From an uncultured Planctomycetia bacterium (lineage in GTDB: Bacteria; Planctomycetota; UBA1135; GCA-002686595): 64,000 bases of DNA. Shown here piece after piece: positions 53,975 to 63,404 of this stretch. A program made the translations under genes and the position numbers. The notes under the pieces are model-generated. The model had not been told where the DNA came from. It saw nothing but the letters and a program-made list of their open reading frames with translations, and searched no databases. Positions within the stretch are counted from its first letter, which is position 1. Each line of letters begins with the position of its first letter. Location: assembly GCA_938003765.1 (NCBI GenBank), contig CALKYE010000254.1, positions 29,197 through 93,196 of the forward strand, read 5' to 3'.

Positions 53975-55898
53975 GTTCGCGCTCAGCGCGCTCGCCTTCG
54001 TACTGACCTACGCCATCCACAGCACGCTGCTGCTCGGCGTGGCGTGTCTGCTCGCCCCGCGAATCGTGCGCTCGCTGGCGTTGCGCGAGAAGCTGTGGAA
54101 GACGGCCATGTTCGGCGGTCTGTTGACCTCGCTCGTGCAAGTCGGCGCGAGCATGGAGACGCCGCTGTTCCACTGGACGTTGGAGTCGCACTCCGAGGCG
54201 AGTTCGCTCGCCGCCGACAACCAGCTCGAGCTCGAACGCGCGCCCCAGCTGCAGCTCGAACTGGCGCTCGCTCCCGCGACGACCGACGCTTCCGACGGCG
54301 CGAGCGAGCCCGCGGCCGCGGACGGAGCTCGAACGGAACTCTGCGTCGAGGACGGCGCGTCGACGAACGTCTCCTCGCCCGCTCAGGTCCGGGCGAAGGT
54401 CGCGAGTGCTGCACCCGCGCCGCGCGTTTCGCCGATCGTGTCCGCCGCGCCGACGGAGCGCGACCTGGCCGCGAACCCCGTTCGCGAGAGCGACTCGGCA
54501 CACGAGAACGAGCTCGCAGGCGCCGCCGCGCGCGAAGCCGACGCGCCGAGCGCTTCGATCGAGCGCGAAGACTCTGAGAGCTGGTCGGCCGCGCTGGTGC
54601 GCGGATGGCGAACGTGGACGGCGCGAGGCCTCGCGCTGTGGGCCGTGTTCGCCTGCGCCGTGCTGGTCGTGTTCGCCTCGATGTGCCTGCGCCTCGTGCG
54701 TTGCATGCGCGGTCGCACGGAGCTCGAGAGCGGTGAGCTGCGCGACGTGCTCGACCGACTGGTCCGGCAGGCGTACCCCGCGGGGCGGCGCGTGCGCTTG
54801 TACGTCGCGCCCGAGTTGCGCGCTCCGGTGAGTCTGGGCTGGCTGCGACCCGCGATCTGCGTTCCGCCGCGCGCGTTGGTCGAGCTGAGCGCCGATGAGC
54901 AGGAGAGCATGCTCGCGCACGAGCTCGCGCACCTGGTGCGCCGCGATCCGCTGTGGCTCTCGGCCGCGTGGCTCGTCGAACGCGTGTTCTTCTTCCAGCC
55001 GCTGCACCGCGTCGCGCGCGCCGAGCTGCACGACCTCGCCGAGCTGGCGTGCGACGAGTGGGCCGCGCGCCGCACCGGCGATCGGCTCGCGCTCGCGAGT
55101 TGCCTCGCGCGCATCGCCGAGTGGATCATCGCCGCGCCGCGCGCCTTGCCTGCGACCTCGATGGCCGAGCACCACGGCCGCTGTCGATTGACGCAGCGCA
55201 TCGAACGGCTCCTCGACGACGAAGCCGGGCTCGCGCGCGACGAGCGCACGCGCCGTTGGTTGGCGCCGGCGATGGCGACCGGCCTGGGAGCGCTGGTCTT
55301 CGTGGCGCCGGGTGTGTCGGCGCCCGCGACGACGACGGATGCGAGCGTGTTCGATCACGCGCAGGTCGACTCGCCTGAGTTCGACGCGAGCGCGGAAGAG
55401 CGCGCGCCGGCGCCTTTGCGGACGACGACGGACGCTTCGTGGGTTCCGGCCGCGCCGAGCAACGCAGGTCGGCCGGCGGCTGCGTCGCCCTCGGAGCTCG
55501 ACTCCGCCGCGCCGCGCGAGTTCGCCGCGCAGCTCGATCTCGCCGATTCGGCTCTCGACGCGCCGACTCCGCCTGCCGCGCCGACGCCGACTCTGGCGAC
55601 GCTGCCGGCGCCCACGGTCGACGAGCGCGCGTCACTGAACGCGCAGCTCGATCAGTTGAACGCGAGCCTGTCCGCGCTGCGCGCCGAGTTGGGCCCGCTG
55701 CGCGACGAGGTCGGCGATCTCGGCCGCGACTCGCAGGTCGCGCGCGCCCTGTCGGCCATCGCGCGACGTATCGACAACCTGGAGCGCCGGTCTCAGTCGC
55801 TCCAGCAAGTGATCCAAGTGCTCGAAACGCTCGAGTCGAAGCCAGCCCATCCTTCGAGCACTTCCGTTGGTTTCCAAGGTTCCAGGAGTCTTCCGTGA
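53961..55898 (+). CDS. BlaR1-like M56 family membrane metalloprotease/signal transducer lacking a PBP-type sensor domain
   Basis: N-terminal TM helices. HELAHLVRRDPLW (HExxH). The C-terminal ~230 aa are low-complexity plus coiled coil (LNAQLDQLNASLSALRAELGPLRDEV). No SxxK motif seen. Confidence 0.85.
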   Translation: MGASEFALSALAFVLTYAIHSTLLLGVACLLAPRIVRSLALREKLWKTAMFGGLLTSLVQVGASMETPLFHWTLESHSEASSLAADNQLELERAPQLQLELALAPATTDASDGASEPAAADGARTELCVEDGASTNVSSPAQVRAKVASAAPAPRVSPIVSAAPTERDLAANPVRESDSAHENELAGAAAREADAPSASIEREDSESWSAALVRGWRTWTARGLALWAVFACAVLVVFASMCLRLVRCMRGRTELESGELRDVLDRLVRQAYPAGRRVRLYVAPELRAPVSLGWLRPAICVPPRALVELSADEQESMLAHELAHLVRRDPLWLSAAWLVERVFFFQPLHRVARAELHDLAELACDEWAARRTGDRLALASCLARIAEWIIAAPRALPATSMAEHHGRCRLTQRIERLLDDEAGLARDERTRRWLAPAMATGLGALVFVAPGVSAPATTTDASVFDHAQVDSPEFDASAEERAPAPLRTTTDASWVPAAPSNAGRPAAASPSELDSAAPREFAAQLDLADSALDAPTPPAAPTPTLATLPAPTVDERASLNAQLDQLNASLSALRAELGPLRDEVGDLGRDSQVARALSAIARRIDNLERRSQSLQQVIQVLETLESKPAHPSSTSVGFQGSRSLP

Positions 55899-57667
55899 TG
55901 AAACTGGTCTTGTCTCTCTCCGCGCTCGGACTGATCGGCAGCGGCGCCGCTGCTGTCTCGACGCAGAGTTCTTGTGCGAGCCCCAAGCCGTGCGCCACGA
56001 CGCTCGCGGCGGACTCGAGCTGCTCGCAGGCCACGCCGCTCGCGATCAGCGTCGCCGCCGTTCCTGCGCAAGGCGACAAGGTCGCTGCGCGCGCCGCTGA
56101 ACTCGAGGCCCTCGCTGGCGAGCAGGGTCTCGCCGACTCCGCGCAGGACGAGCCCGCGGGGATCTCGACCAAGGCGCCCCAGCAGCGTCAACCGCGCGTG
56201 TTCCGCTACGAAGGCGGCACGCTCACGCCCTCCGCTCCGAATAGCGTCGCGACGCCGCGGGCCCCGGCCGCACCGCGCGCTCCGGCGGCGCCTCACGCTC
56301 CGGCGGCGCCTCACGCGGCCGCGCAACCGTGTGCGCCGTGCCCTGCCGCGCCGGCGTGTCCGCCGTGCCCGCCGTGCGAACCTTCGAAGGCGACGCCCGC
56401 TGCGCCGCACTCGAAGAGCAAGTCGAACGGTTCGGTGGCGAGCACGCAGCAGTGGCGCGCTCAGGTCGAGCGACAGATCGCGACTGCGCGCGACGCCCAA
56501 GAGCACGCCCGCCAACGCATGCGCGAAGCGCTGGATCAGCAGCGCGAGGCGCAGCAGCGCGCGCGCGAAGAGGTCGAGCGTGCGCGCGAGCGCAGTCAGA
56601 CGCAGACCAAGCGTGCGCTCGAGCAAGCTGAGCGCGCCGCCATCATCGTGCGCGACAAGGCCGAGCGCGGGCACGCTGCGGAGTCCAAGCGCCGCGCCTC
56701 TGGCGCCAGCGAACGCGAACTCGAACTCGAGCGCCGTGTGCAGGAGCTGGAGGCGCGTCTGATGGAGATGGAGCGCTCTCGCGGCGGGCAGGCCGGGCCT
56801 GGTGCGCACACACAGTCCGGGCCGCACGGCGTGAGCGGTGGTGTGCGCAGCCGCGTGCACGCGCCCGCCGCCCCGTCCGCCCCGCACGGCGCCAGCGGCG
56901 GTGCGCGCATCCGCGCGCGCGTCGTGGGGCCGAACGGCAGCGGCGGAGTGTTCCTCGAGACCTCGCCCGAGTCCGACGACCGCGAGTGCAATCCCAGTCG
57001 CGTGCGCGTGCTGCGCATGCCGGCCGGGAAGGGCACGGTCGTCGTGCCCGGTGATCTCGGCGGGCTGGTCGATCTCGACGGGCTCGACATCGCGGTGATC
57101 GCGCCCGACGGCAGCCGCGTCGACTGGGGCGAGAGCATCGCGAAGTGGGCCGAGGAGTTTGCTCACGAGCAGGCGCAGTGGGCGGAAGAGTTCGCGCGCG
57201 CGCACGCCGGCGAGTGGAGCGAGCTCGCCTTGGAGCGCTTGGACGACGTCGAGGACGCCTGGGACTCGGCCTGGGAGCGCTACGAGGATCAGCTCGAGGA
57301 GGCTCAGGAACTCGAGGAAGAACTGCGCGAGGAAGCCGAGGAGGCAGCCGAGGAAGCTGCGGAAGAGGCGGCCGAGGCCGAAGAGCTCCAACGCGAAGCC
57401 GCTGAGCGGACGCGCGAGTCGCGGCTCGCGCCGCACGTGGTCCGTGGCGAGCAGAGCCAGGCGCTCGCGCCGCTGGCCGCGCTGAGCCTGCTCGGGAAGC
57501 AGGATCCGCTGGGGCTCTCGCGCCTCGCCAACTACCCGGGCGAGTCGAGCACGGAGCAGCTCCGCAGCGCCGTGAACGAGATGCAGAGCGAGGTCGATGG
57601 CCTGCGCGCGGCGCTGCGCGAGTTGCGCGAGCAGCTCGAGCAACGCAAGCGCACCGCGACCTTCTGA
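55898..57667 (+). CDS. Secreted coiled-coil protein with a Cys/Pro-rich cluster (third gene of the BlaI/BlaR1-like operon)
   Basis: ATG 55898 overlaps the upstream TGA by 1 nt; AGGAG is 10 nt upstream. Signal peptide MKLVLSLSALGLIGSGAAA. QPCAPCPAAPACPPCPPCEPS. Long charged helices. Acidic EEAAEEAAEEAAEAEE tract. Confidence 0.75.
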   Translation: MKLVLSLSALGLIGSGAAAVSTQSSCASPKPCATTLAADSSCSQATPLAISVAAVPAQGDKVAARAAELEALAGEQGLADSAQDEPAGISTKAPQQRQPRVFRYEGGTLTPSAPNSVATPRAPAAPRAPAAPHAPAAPHAAAQPCAPCPAAPACPPCPPCEPSKATPAAPHSKSKSNGSVASTQQWRAQVERQIATARDAQEHARQRMREALDQQREAQQRAREEVERARERSQTQTKRALEQAERAAIIVRDKAERGHAAESKRRASGASERELELERRVQELEARLMEMERSRGGQAGPGAHTQSGPHGVSGGVRSRVHAPAAPSAPHGASGGARIRARVVGPNGSGGVFLETSPESDDRECNPSRVRVLRMPAGKGTVVVPGDLGGLVDLDGLDIAVIAPDGSRVDWGESIAKWAEEFAHEQAQWAEEFARAHAGEWSELALERLDDVEDAWDSAWERYEDQLEEAQELEEELREEAEEAAEEAAEEAAEAEELQREAAERTRESRLAPHVVRGEQSQALAPLAALSLLGKQDPLGLSRLANYPGESSTEQLRSAVNEMQSEVDGLRAALRELREQLEQRKRTATF

Positions 57668-57695
57668 ACCTCCGCGCGGACCTCCGCGCCTTTCA

Positions 57696-57738
57696 CGCGC
57701 CCCGCTTCGAACCGATCAACGGCTCGCGGCGGGGCGCG
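57696..57738. terminator. Hairpin between convergent genes (candidate bidirectional terminator)
   Basis: 10-bp stem CGCGCCCCGC/GCGGGGCGCG enclosing a 23-nt loop with a small internal CCG/CGG helix. No U-tract. Confidence 0.4.
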
Positions 57739-57763
57739 CCATTTCCAGAGCGCTCGCGAAGCT

Positions 57764-60523
57764 CTACTTGGGTCGCACGCCGTCCGGGCGCGGTGCGAAG
57801 CGCGTCTCGGTCAGGCTCAGCGTCCGCGGCTCGTCTCCGCGCGCCCGCGCGCCGTCCTCGATCAACAGCGCCGCCAGCGCGGTCCAGCCCGTCTGGTGGC
57901 TCGCGCCCAGGCCGGCCCCGGTCTCGGCGTGGAAGTACTCGTGGAACAGCACGAGCTCACGCCAGTTCGGATCGTCGCGGTAGCGCTCGGCGCCTCCGTG
58001 GCATGCGCGCGCGCCGCGCTCGTCGCGCAGGAACAGACGCGACAGCCGTTGCGCCAGCTCGTGCGCCACGACGTCGAGCGTCACGCGCCGCCCCGAGCCG
58101 GTGGGGAACTCGACCGTCAGCGACTGGCCGTAGAAGTGGTGGTAACGCTCGAGCGCTTCGATCACCAGGAAGTTGATCGGGAACCACACCGGCCCGCGCC
58201 AGTTGGAGTTGCCGCCGAACAGGCTCGTGTTGGACTCGCCCGGGGCGTACTCGACCGAGTAGGTGCGCCCGCCGAGTTCGATGCGGAACGGCGCGCGCTC
58301 GTGGACCTTGGAGAGCGAGCGCACTCCGAAGGGTGAGAGGAATTCGTTCTCGTCGAGCACGTAGCGCAGCATGCGCTCGAGGCGTTCGCGCGAGGGGATC
58401 GCCAGCAGGCGCAGGCCGCTGTGGCGCTGCGAGCACTCGAGGTAGCCGATGCGCTTGGCGAGGTCCTTGCGGTTCTCGAGGAACCACTGCATGCGCTTGG
58501 CGAAGCCCGGCAGGCGCTCGAGCGTCGCGTCGTCGAGGATCTCGACCGCGATCATCGGCATCACGCCGACCAGTGAGCGCACGCGCAACGGCGTGTCGCG
58601 GCCGTCGAGCTTGAGCTCGTCGTAGTAGAAGCCGTCCTGCTCGTCCCACAGCCCCGAGCCGCCGAGCGAGTTCATCGCGTCCGCGATGGCCACGAAGTGC
58701 TCGAAGAACTTCGAGGCCATGTCCTCGTAGGAGGGGTCCTCTTTGGCGAGCTCGATCGCGATCGAGAGCATCGTGCCGCAGTAGAACGCCATCCACGCCG
58801 TGCCGTCGGCCTGGTCGAGCAAACCTCCGCCCGGCAGCGGCGCGCTGCGATCGAACACGCCGATGTTGTCGAGGCCCAGGAAGCCGCCGGCGAACACGTG
58901 GCGGCCCGCGTGGTCCTTGCGGTTGACCCACCAGGTGAAGTTGAGCAGCAGCTTCTGGAAGCAGCTCGCGAGCCAGCGCCGATCGCGCGCGCCCGGCGGC
59001 CCCGACTTCTTGTACACGCGCCAACAAGCCCAGGCGTGCACCGGCGGATTCACGTCGTCGAGCGCCCACTCGTAGGCCGGGATCTGCCCGTTGGGGTGCA
59101 TGTACCACTCGCGCAGGAACAGGCCGAGCTGCTGCTTCGCGAAGTCGATGTCGATGCGCGCGAAGGGCAGCATGTGGAAGGCGAGGTCCCAGGCTGCGTA
59201 CCAGGGATACTCCCACTTGTCCGGCATCGAGATGACGTCGCGGTTGTAGAGGTGCGCCCAGGTGTGGTTGCGACCCTTGCTGCGCTGCGCGGGAGGCGTC
59301 GGTTGCGCCGGATCGCCTTCGAGCCAGTCGGGGACGATGTAGTGATAGAACTGCTTGGTCCAGCACAGGCCTGCGTACGCCTGACGCAGCGTCGCGCGCT
59401 CGTCCGCGGTGGCGAGCGCGGGCGTGCGAGCCTCGTAGAACTCGTCGGCCTCGCGCCGACGCGCTTCGAACACGCGCTCGAAGCCCGCGTCGAACGGCGC
59501 GCTCGCTGAGTCGCTTCCTTTGCGCAGCTCGCGCAAGCGCAGGCGCACGCGCACCCGACCGCGAGCGGGGATCTCGAGTCGATACCACGCGGCGGCCTTG
59601 GTGCCGCGCGGCTCCTGGGCCAACGCTTCGCGCCGACCGTTCACCACCAGCTCGTGGAACGCGTCCTTGAAGCTCGTTCCCGTCGCATCGCCGCCCCACA
59701 GCGTGCGCACGTTGCTCTCGTTCTCGGTGAACACGAGTTCCGGCGGCGCGGCGCCGTCGAGCGGCTCGACGCACAGCTCGTACTCGCCGAGCGTGTCATG
59801 GCGCGCGAGCACGCGTTCGGCTCCGCTCAGCTCGAGCGAGGGCTTCGGGCCGTGCTCTTCGCCAGTGCGGCCCCAGCTCCACGTGTTGCGGAACCACAGC
59901 GTGGGCAGGAGCTCCAGTCGCGCGCTCTGCGCGCCGCGATTGTGGATCTCGATCGCGATCAGGAGGTCGCGGTCGCTGGCCTTGGCGTACTCGACGAACA
60001 CGTCGAAGTAGCGCTCGCCCTCGAACACGCCGGTCGCCTCGAGCTCGAACTCCGGATCGTTGCGCGTGCGGCGGCGACTCTCCTCGACGAGCTGCTCGTA
60101 GGGGAACGCCGCCTGCGGGTACTTGTACAGCGCGCGCATGTACGAGTGCGTCGGCGTCGAGTCGAGGTAGTAGTAGCACTCCTTGACGTCCTCGCCGTGG
60201 TTGCCCTCCGGACCGCTGAGTCCGAACAGGCGCTCCTTGAGGATCCGGTCGCGGCCGTTCCACAGCGCGAGCGCGAAGCACAGGCGGCACTGGCGATCGG
60301 TGATCCCGAGCAGTCCGTCCTCGCCCCAGCGATACGCGCGCGAGCGCGCTTGCTCGTGCGGGAAGTAGCTCCACGCGCTGCCGTCCGCGGAGTAGTCCTC
60401 GCGCACCGTGCCCCACTGGCGTTCGGAGAGGTACGGGCCCCAGCGCTTCCAGTTCGCCGCGCGCGAGCGGTCCTCGGCCAGCCGTTGGTCCTCGGCGGTG
60501 CTTCGTTGTCGTTCGCGGGGCAT
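57764..60523 (-). CDS. GH63/MGH1-like glycoside hydrolase (large cytoplasmic glucosidase-like protein)
   Basis: N-terminus WKRWGPYLSERQWGTVREDYS..., FALALWNGRD.ILKERLFG, and the C-terminal (alpha/alpha)6 region WDEQDGFYYD, NWRGPVWFPINFL are typical of this family. Confidence 0.75.
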   Translation of the reverse strand: MPRERQRSTAEDQRLAEDRSRAANWKRWGPYLSERQWGTVREDYSADGSAWSYFPHEQARSRAYRWGEDGLLGITDRQCRLCFALALWNGRDRILKERLFGLSGPEGNHGEDVKECYYYLDSTPTHSYMRALYKYPQAAFPYEQLVEESRRRTRNDPEFELEATGVFEGERYFDVFVEYAKASDRDLLIAIEIHNRGAQSARLELLPTLWFRNTWSWGRTGEEHGPKPSLELSGAERVLARHDTLGEYELCVEPLDGAAPPELVFTENESNVRTLWGGDATGTSFKDAFHELVVNGRREALAQEPRGTKAAAWYRLEIPARGRVRVRLRLRELRKGSDSASAPFDAGFERVFEARRREADEFYEARTPALATADERATLRQAYAGLCWTKQFYHYIVPDWLEGDPAQPTPPAQRSKGRNHTWAHLYNRDVISMPDKWEYPWYAAWDLAFHMLPFARIDIDFAKQQLGLFLREWYMHPNGQIPAYEWALDDVNPPVHAWACWRVYKKSGPPGARDRRWLASCFQKLLLNFTWWVNRKDHAGRHVFAGGFLGLDNIGVFDRSAPLPGGGLLDQADGTAWMAFYCGTMLSIAIELAKEDPSYEDMASKFFEHFVAIADAMNSLGGSGLWDEQDGFYYDELKLDGRDTPLRVRSLVGVMPMIAVEILDDATLERLPGFAKRMQWFLENRKDLAKRIGYLECSQRHSGLRLLAIPSRERLERMLRYVLDENEFLSPFGVRSLSKVHERAPFRIELGGRTYSVEYAPGESNTSLFGGNSNWRGPVWFPINFLVIEALERYHHFYGQSLTVEFPTGSGRRVTLDVVAHELAQRLSRLFLRDERGARACHGGAERYRDDPNWRELVLFHEYFHAETGAGLGASHQTGWTALAALLIEDGARARGDEPRTLSLTETRFAPRPDGVRPK

Positions 60524-60639
60524 GTGGGGAGCGCGGGAGGATGAAGATGGGGTTTATCGGTCCGCGAAGCGAGCGGCACGAGCGCCGACAGGCGGCGCTT
60601 CGACAGCGGATCGGCTCTGGGCTACCGTGCGCTTCGTTC

Positions 60640-61281
60640 ATGCCGCCCATCGAGCCCGCGCACGCGTCGCAGACCGACGCCACCGTCCTCGACGACGCCC
60701 AGGAGCGCTCGCTGCTCGAGCGGCTGCGCGCGGGCGACGAGCGCGCGTTCGAGGAGCTGGTCGCGCGCTTCGCGGGGCGCATGCTCGCGGCCTCGCGCCG
60801 GATCCTGCGCTCGGACGAGGAGGCCCAGGACGCCGTGCAGGACGCGTTCCTCTCCGCCTTCAAGGCGCTCGACAGCTTCCAGGGCGACTCGCGCTTGGGC
60901 ACCTGGCTGCACCGCATCGCGATCAACGCGGCCCTGATGCGGCTGCGCACCGTCAAGCGCCGCGGCGAGCGCGACGAGCAGTCGCTCCTGCCGAACTTCG
61001 CCGAGGACGGCCATCACGAGGTGGCCCCGCGTCGCTGGTCCGAGCCGGACACGCAGCGCATCGAGATCGAGGAGACCCGCGCGCTGGTGCGGGCCAAGAT
61101 CGACGAGCTGCCGGACGGCTACCGCCTCCCGCTCGTGCTGCGCGATCTCGAAGGGTTGAGCAACGAAGAGCTCGCGCAGCGCCTGGGTGTCACGGTCAAC
61201 GCCGCCAAGATCCGCCTGCACCGCGCGCGGCAAGCGCTGCGCACGCTGCTCGACCCGCACTTCGGAGCCGCGGGAGCATGA
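60640..61281 (+). CDS. ECF-type sigma-70 family sigma factor
   Basis: Region 2 EEAQDAVQDAFLSAFKALDSFQGDSRLGTWLHRIAINAAL. Region 4 LSNEELAQRLGVTVNAAKIRLHRARQALR. Start trimmed to ATG 60640. Confidence 0.85.
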   Translation: MPPIEPAHASQTDATVLDDAQERSLLERLRAGDERAFEELVARFAGRMLAASRRILRSDEEAQDAVQDAFLSAFKALDSFQGDSRLGTWLHRIAINAALMRLRTVKRRGERDEQSLLPNFAEDGHHEVAPRRWSEPDTQRIEIEETRALVRAKIDELPDGYRLPLVLRDLEGLSNEELAQRLGVTVNAAKIRLHRARQALRTLLDPHFGAAGA

Positions 61282-61300
61282 AGTCCGTCGAATCGTTCGC

Positions 61301-61732
61301 ATGCGTAACGGTCTGTGCGGCCGGGCATCGGATGAGTGGAAACGTGAGTCGAACAGCGTGAACTGCAGTCAATTCAAAGCGGCCATCGAAGCCCTGCGCG
61401 CTGGAGCGCCCGGCGCCGCCGTGTGTGATCAGTTCCGCGCGCACGCGCGCTCCTGTCCGACGTGCGCGAGCGAGTTCGCGCCGCTGCTCACCACCAAGTG
61501 CCAGCAGATCACGGACTTTCTGTCCGAGTACTTCGAGGGGCAGTTGGGCGACGAAGAGCGCCGCGTGTTCGAGTTCCACATGCAGGCGTGCCCCGAGTGC
61601 AAGTGCTACCTCGACAGCTACCGCGAGTCGATCCGACTCGCGCGCGACTGCGCGCAGCCCGCGCCGCCGCCGCCCCAGCGCCTGATCGACGCGATCTTGG
61701 CCGCGCGCCGCGGTCAGTGCTCGAACGGCTGA
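61301..61732 (+). CDS. Soluble anti-sigma factor with two zf-HC2 (ZAS, HxxxCxxC) motifs
   Basis: Lies directly downstream of the ECF sigma. Motif 1 is CDQFRAHARSCPTC. Motif 2 is the canonical CQQITDFLSEYFEGQLGDEERRVFEFHMQACPEC. No TM helix. GTG 61358 is the alternative start. Confidence 0.7.
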   Translation: MRNGLCGRASDEWKRESNSVNCSQFKAAIEALRAGAPGAAVCDQFRAHARSCPTCASEFAPLLTTKCQQITDFLSEYFEGQLGDEERRVFEFHMQACPECKCYLDSYRESIRLARDCAQPAPPPPQRLIDAILAARRGQCSNG

Positions 61733-61793
61733 GCGCGCGGCGATAGTCGCAGGCGCCGAAGGCGCGAATGGTCCTGCACGCGGCGGCGTCGCG

Positions 61794-62225
61794 TCAGTTC
61801 AGCGCGAGGCGCGCGCCGACCAGCGGCAGTTGCGCGCGGCGCAGCCAGGCGACCAGTGCGCCCGCGACGAAGGTGACGAGCGCCAGCGCGAACAACAGGC
61901 CGCCGTCGCTCTCGCCGTCGACGACGATCTCGACGCCCAGTTGCGTGAGGTGCGAGCCGATGGCGCCCGCCATCACGCCCATCGCCAGCACGCCGCCGAT
62001 TGCGGCGGTGCGCGGCGCGAGCAGCAGCGCCACCGCGATGAGCTCGACCACGCCGCTGGCGATGCGGCCCCACGGCTCGGCGCCGAGCGTCTCGAAGATG
62101 TGCACGGACTCGGGCGCGCCGCTGAACTTGAAGAACAGCGTCTGCCCGAGGATCACCGCGGCGACGATCTGCGCGCTCCACGCAACGCGCTTGGCGCCGC
62201 GGCTGAGGTCGGTCGGATGCGCCAC
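61794..62225 (-). CDS. DoxX-family membrane protein
   Basis: Four hydrophobic helices. AQIVAAVILGQTLFFKFSG and GVVELIAVALLL follow the DoxX pattern. GTG start 3 nt after the upstream stop. Confidence 0.75.
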   Translation of the reverse strand: MAHPTDLSRGAKRVAWSAQIVAAVILGQTLFFKFSGAPESVHIFETLGAEPWGRIASGVVELIAVALLLAPRTAAIGGVLAMGVMAGAIGSHLTQLGVEIVVDGESDGGLLFALALVTFVAGALVAWLRRAQLPLVGARLALN

Positions 62226-62228
62226 GGA

Positions 62229-62807
62229 TCAGGCCTCCGTCGCCGCGAACGTCGCAGCGCTCGCGTCCAACTGCTTCGGCGCGGGCTTCTCGAGGATCGA
62301 CTTCCAGCTCGAGTTGGCCTTGGTCGCCAGCGCGGCTTCGTCCTTGATCCACTTCTCGCGCGTGTCGTTGAAGAACGACTTGTAGAACAGGTGGAGCTTG
62401 CCGTCGGTGATCTTGAACGACTTGGGATCGATCTCGACCTTCTCGCCCTGCGCCATCGCATAGGCGCACCAACCGCCGTACTGCGGTTCGAAGCGGTCGG
62501 GCGTCTTGAGGAACAGCGTCTTGTTGGCCTCGCTCGCGAAGCGGTACACGACGCCCTTGTGCGTGACGCTGATCTTGTCCGAGCCCTTGAGCGGTTTGCC
62601 GCCGCCCTCGGGGAAGTACGCGACCGGGTCGTAGCCCTCGATGGCGAGCTTGTTCTTGTCGAGGTTGAAGTGCTTCACGTCGCGCTCGCCGTCCTGTTGC
62701 AGCGCGTAGGGCGTCGAGCTCTGCGCCTGCGGCGAAGCCGCCGCGGCGTGGGGGAATGCGAGTCCGGCGAGGATCGAGAATGCGACGATGGCTGAGGAGC
62801 GGAGCAT
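62229..62807 (-). CDS. Secreted YHS-domain protein
   Basis: ATG 62807. Signal peptide. LAIEGYDPVAYF...HKGVVYRFASEANKTLFLKTPDRFEPQYGGWCAYAMA is typical of the YHS-domain family. Track ORF trimmed. Confidence 0.8.
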   Translation of the reverse strand: MLRSSAIVAFSILAGLAFPHAAAASPQAQSSTPYALQQDGERDVKHFNLDKNKLAIEGYDPVAYFPEGGGKPLKGSDKISVTHKGVVYRFASEANKTLFLKTPDRFEPQYGGWCAYAMAQGEKVEIDPKSFKITDGKLHLFYKSFFNDTREKWIKDEAALATKANSSWKSILEKPAPKQLDASAATFAATEA

Positions 62808-62934
62808 GGCGGTGCGACGGTCGTGGGTGGCGTGGCGAAGGCGCCCGGAGGGTCGAGCGGCGGCGGTTGGATGCGCTCGCCGCGGCCCGGTTTCCCGCGC
62901 GCGGATTTCTGCTCTGCGCCGTCGTCTGGGCGCC

Positions 62935-62964
62935 TTGACCGTTTTGAGAATCGGCGAGTAGTCT
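62935..62964 (+). promoter_or_regulatory. Sigma-70-like promoter candidate (TTGACC, 18-nt spacer, TAGTCT) about 440 nt upstream of the RRM gene
   Basis: Read directly. It is the only good -35/-10 pair I see in the 598-bp intergenic region. Confidence 0.35.
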
Positions 62965-63404
62965 CCAGTGGTGCGGCGACCGCGGGGTCGCCCGTCCGAG
63001 GCCTCCCAACGTCCCCGAGCCCGCTCGAGAGCGGCACGCAACGAGTCAGCCAGCGCCCGTCGATTCCTTCGACCCCTTTGCGCGCCTCGCTGCGACCCAC
63101 GCCCAGCCTCGACGAATCGCCTCGACGATCTGCTTCGACGACCCGCGTCCCATGGCGTTCCCTCGCGCCCTTTCGCTGCCGCTGCGCAGCCACGTGTTGC
63201 GCCCGCACTCGCGACCGCTAGACCGCGCCGTCCGTTCACTCGCGTTCGATTCGACTGTGTCCAACGCACACAGAGTCGAGCACGTCATCGTCGCTGCCCC
63301 CGGCTTCTCGCGCACGACCTCGAACGACGGCTGGCAGCCGTCGGCGCGCGTGCAGGCCGTGGACCGCGCGCTCCTCTCGCACGTCGAGGTCCACTGACAG
63401 CGTC

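Noticed and set aside
57668-57689. Short tandem duplications right after stop codons: ACCTCCGCGC x2 at 57668-57689, and the 11-mer x2.5 at 15517-15543.
   Set aside because: These are most simply explained as replication-slippage duplications in GC-rich DNA. With only two instances I cannot support a functional motif.
60524-60639. ECF-type autoregulatory promoter (GGAAC..CGT-like) upstream of the sigma gene at 60640. Also a CTACCGTG half-site at ~60623 resembling half of the BlaI-type box.
   Set aside because: No convincing -35/-10 pair with proper spacing was found. The half-site lacks its inverted partner.
63152-63397. 81-codon ORF immediately upstream of the RRM gene, considered as a separate gene.
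   Set aside because: It has no recognisable motifs, no SD site and a low-complexity first half. It is kept only as a possible upstream ORF within the leader finding.
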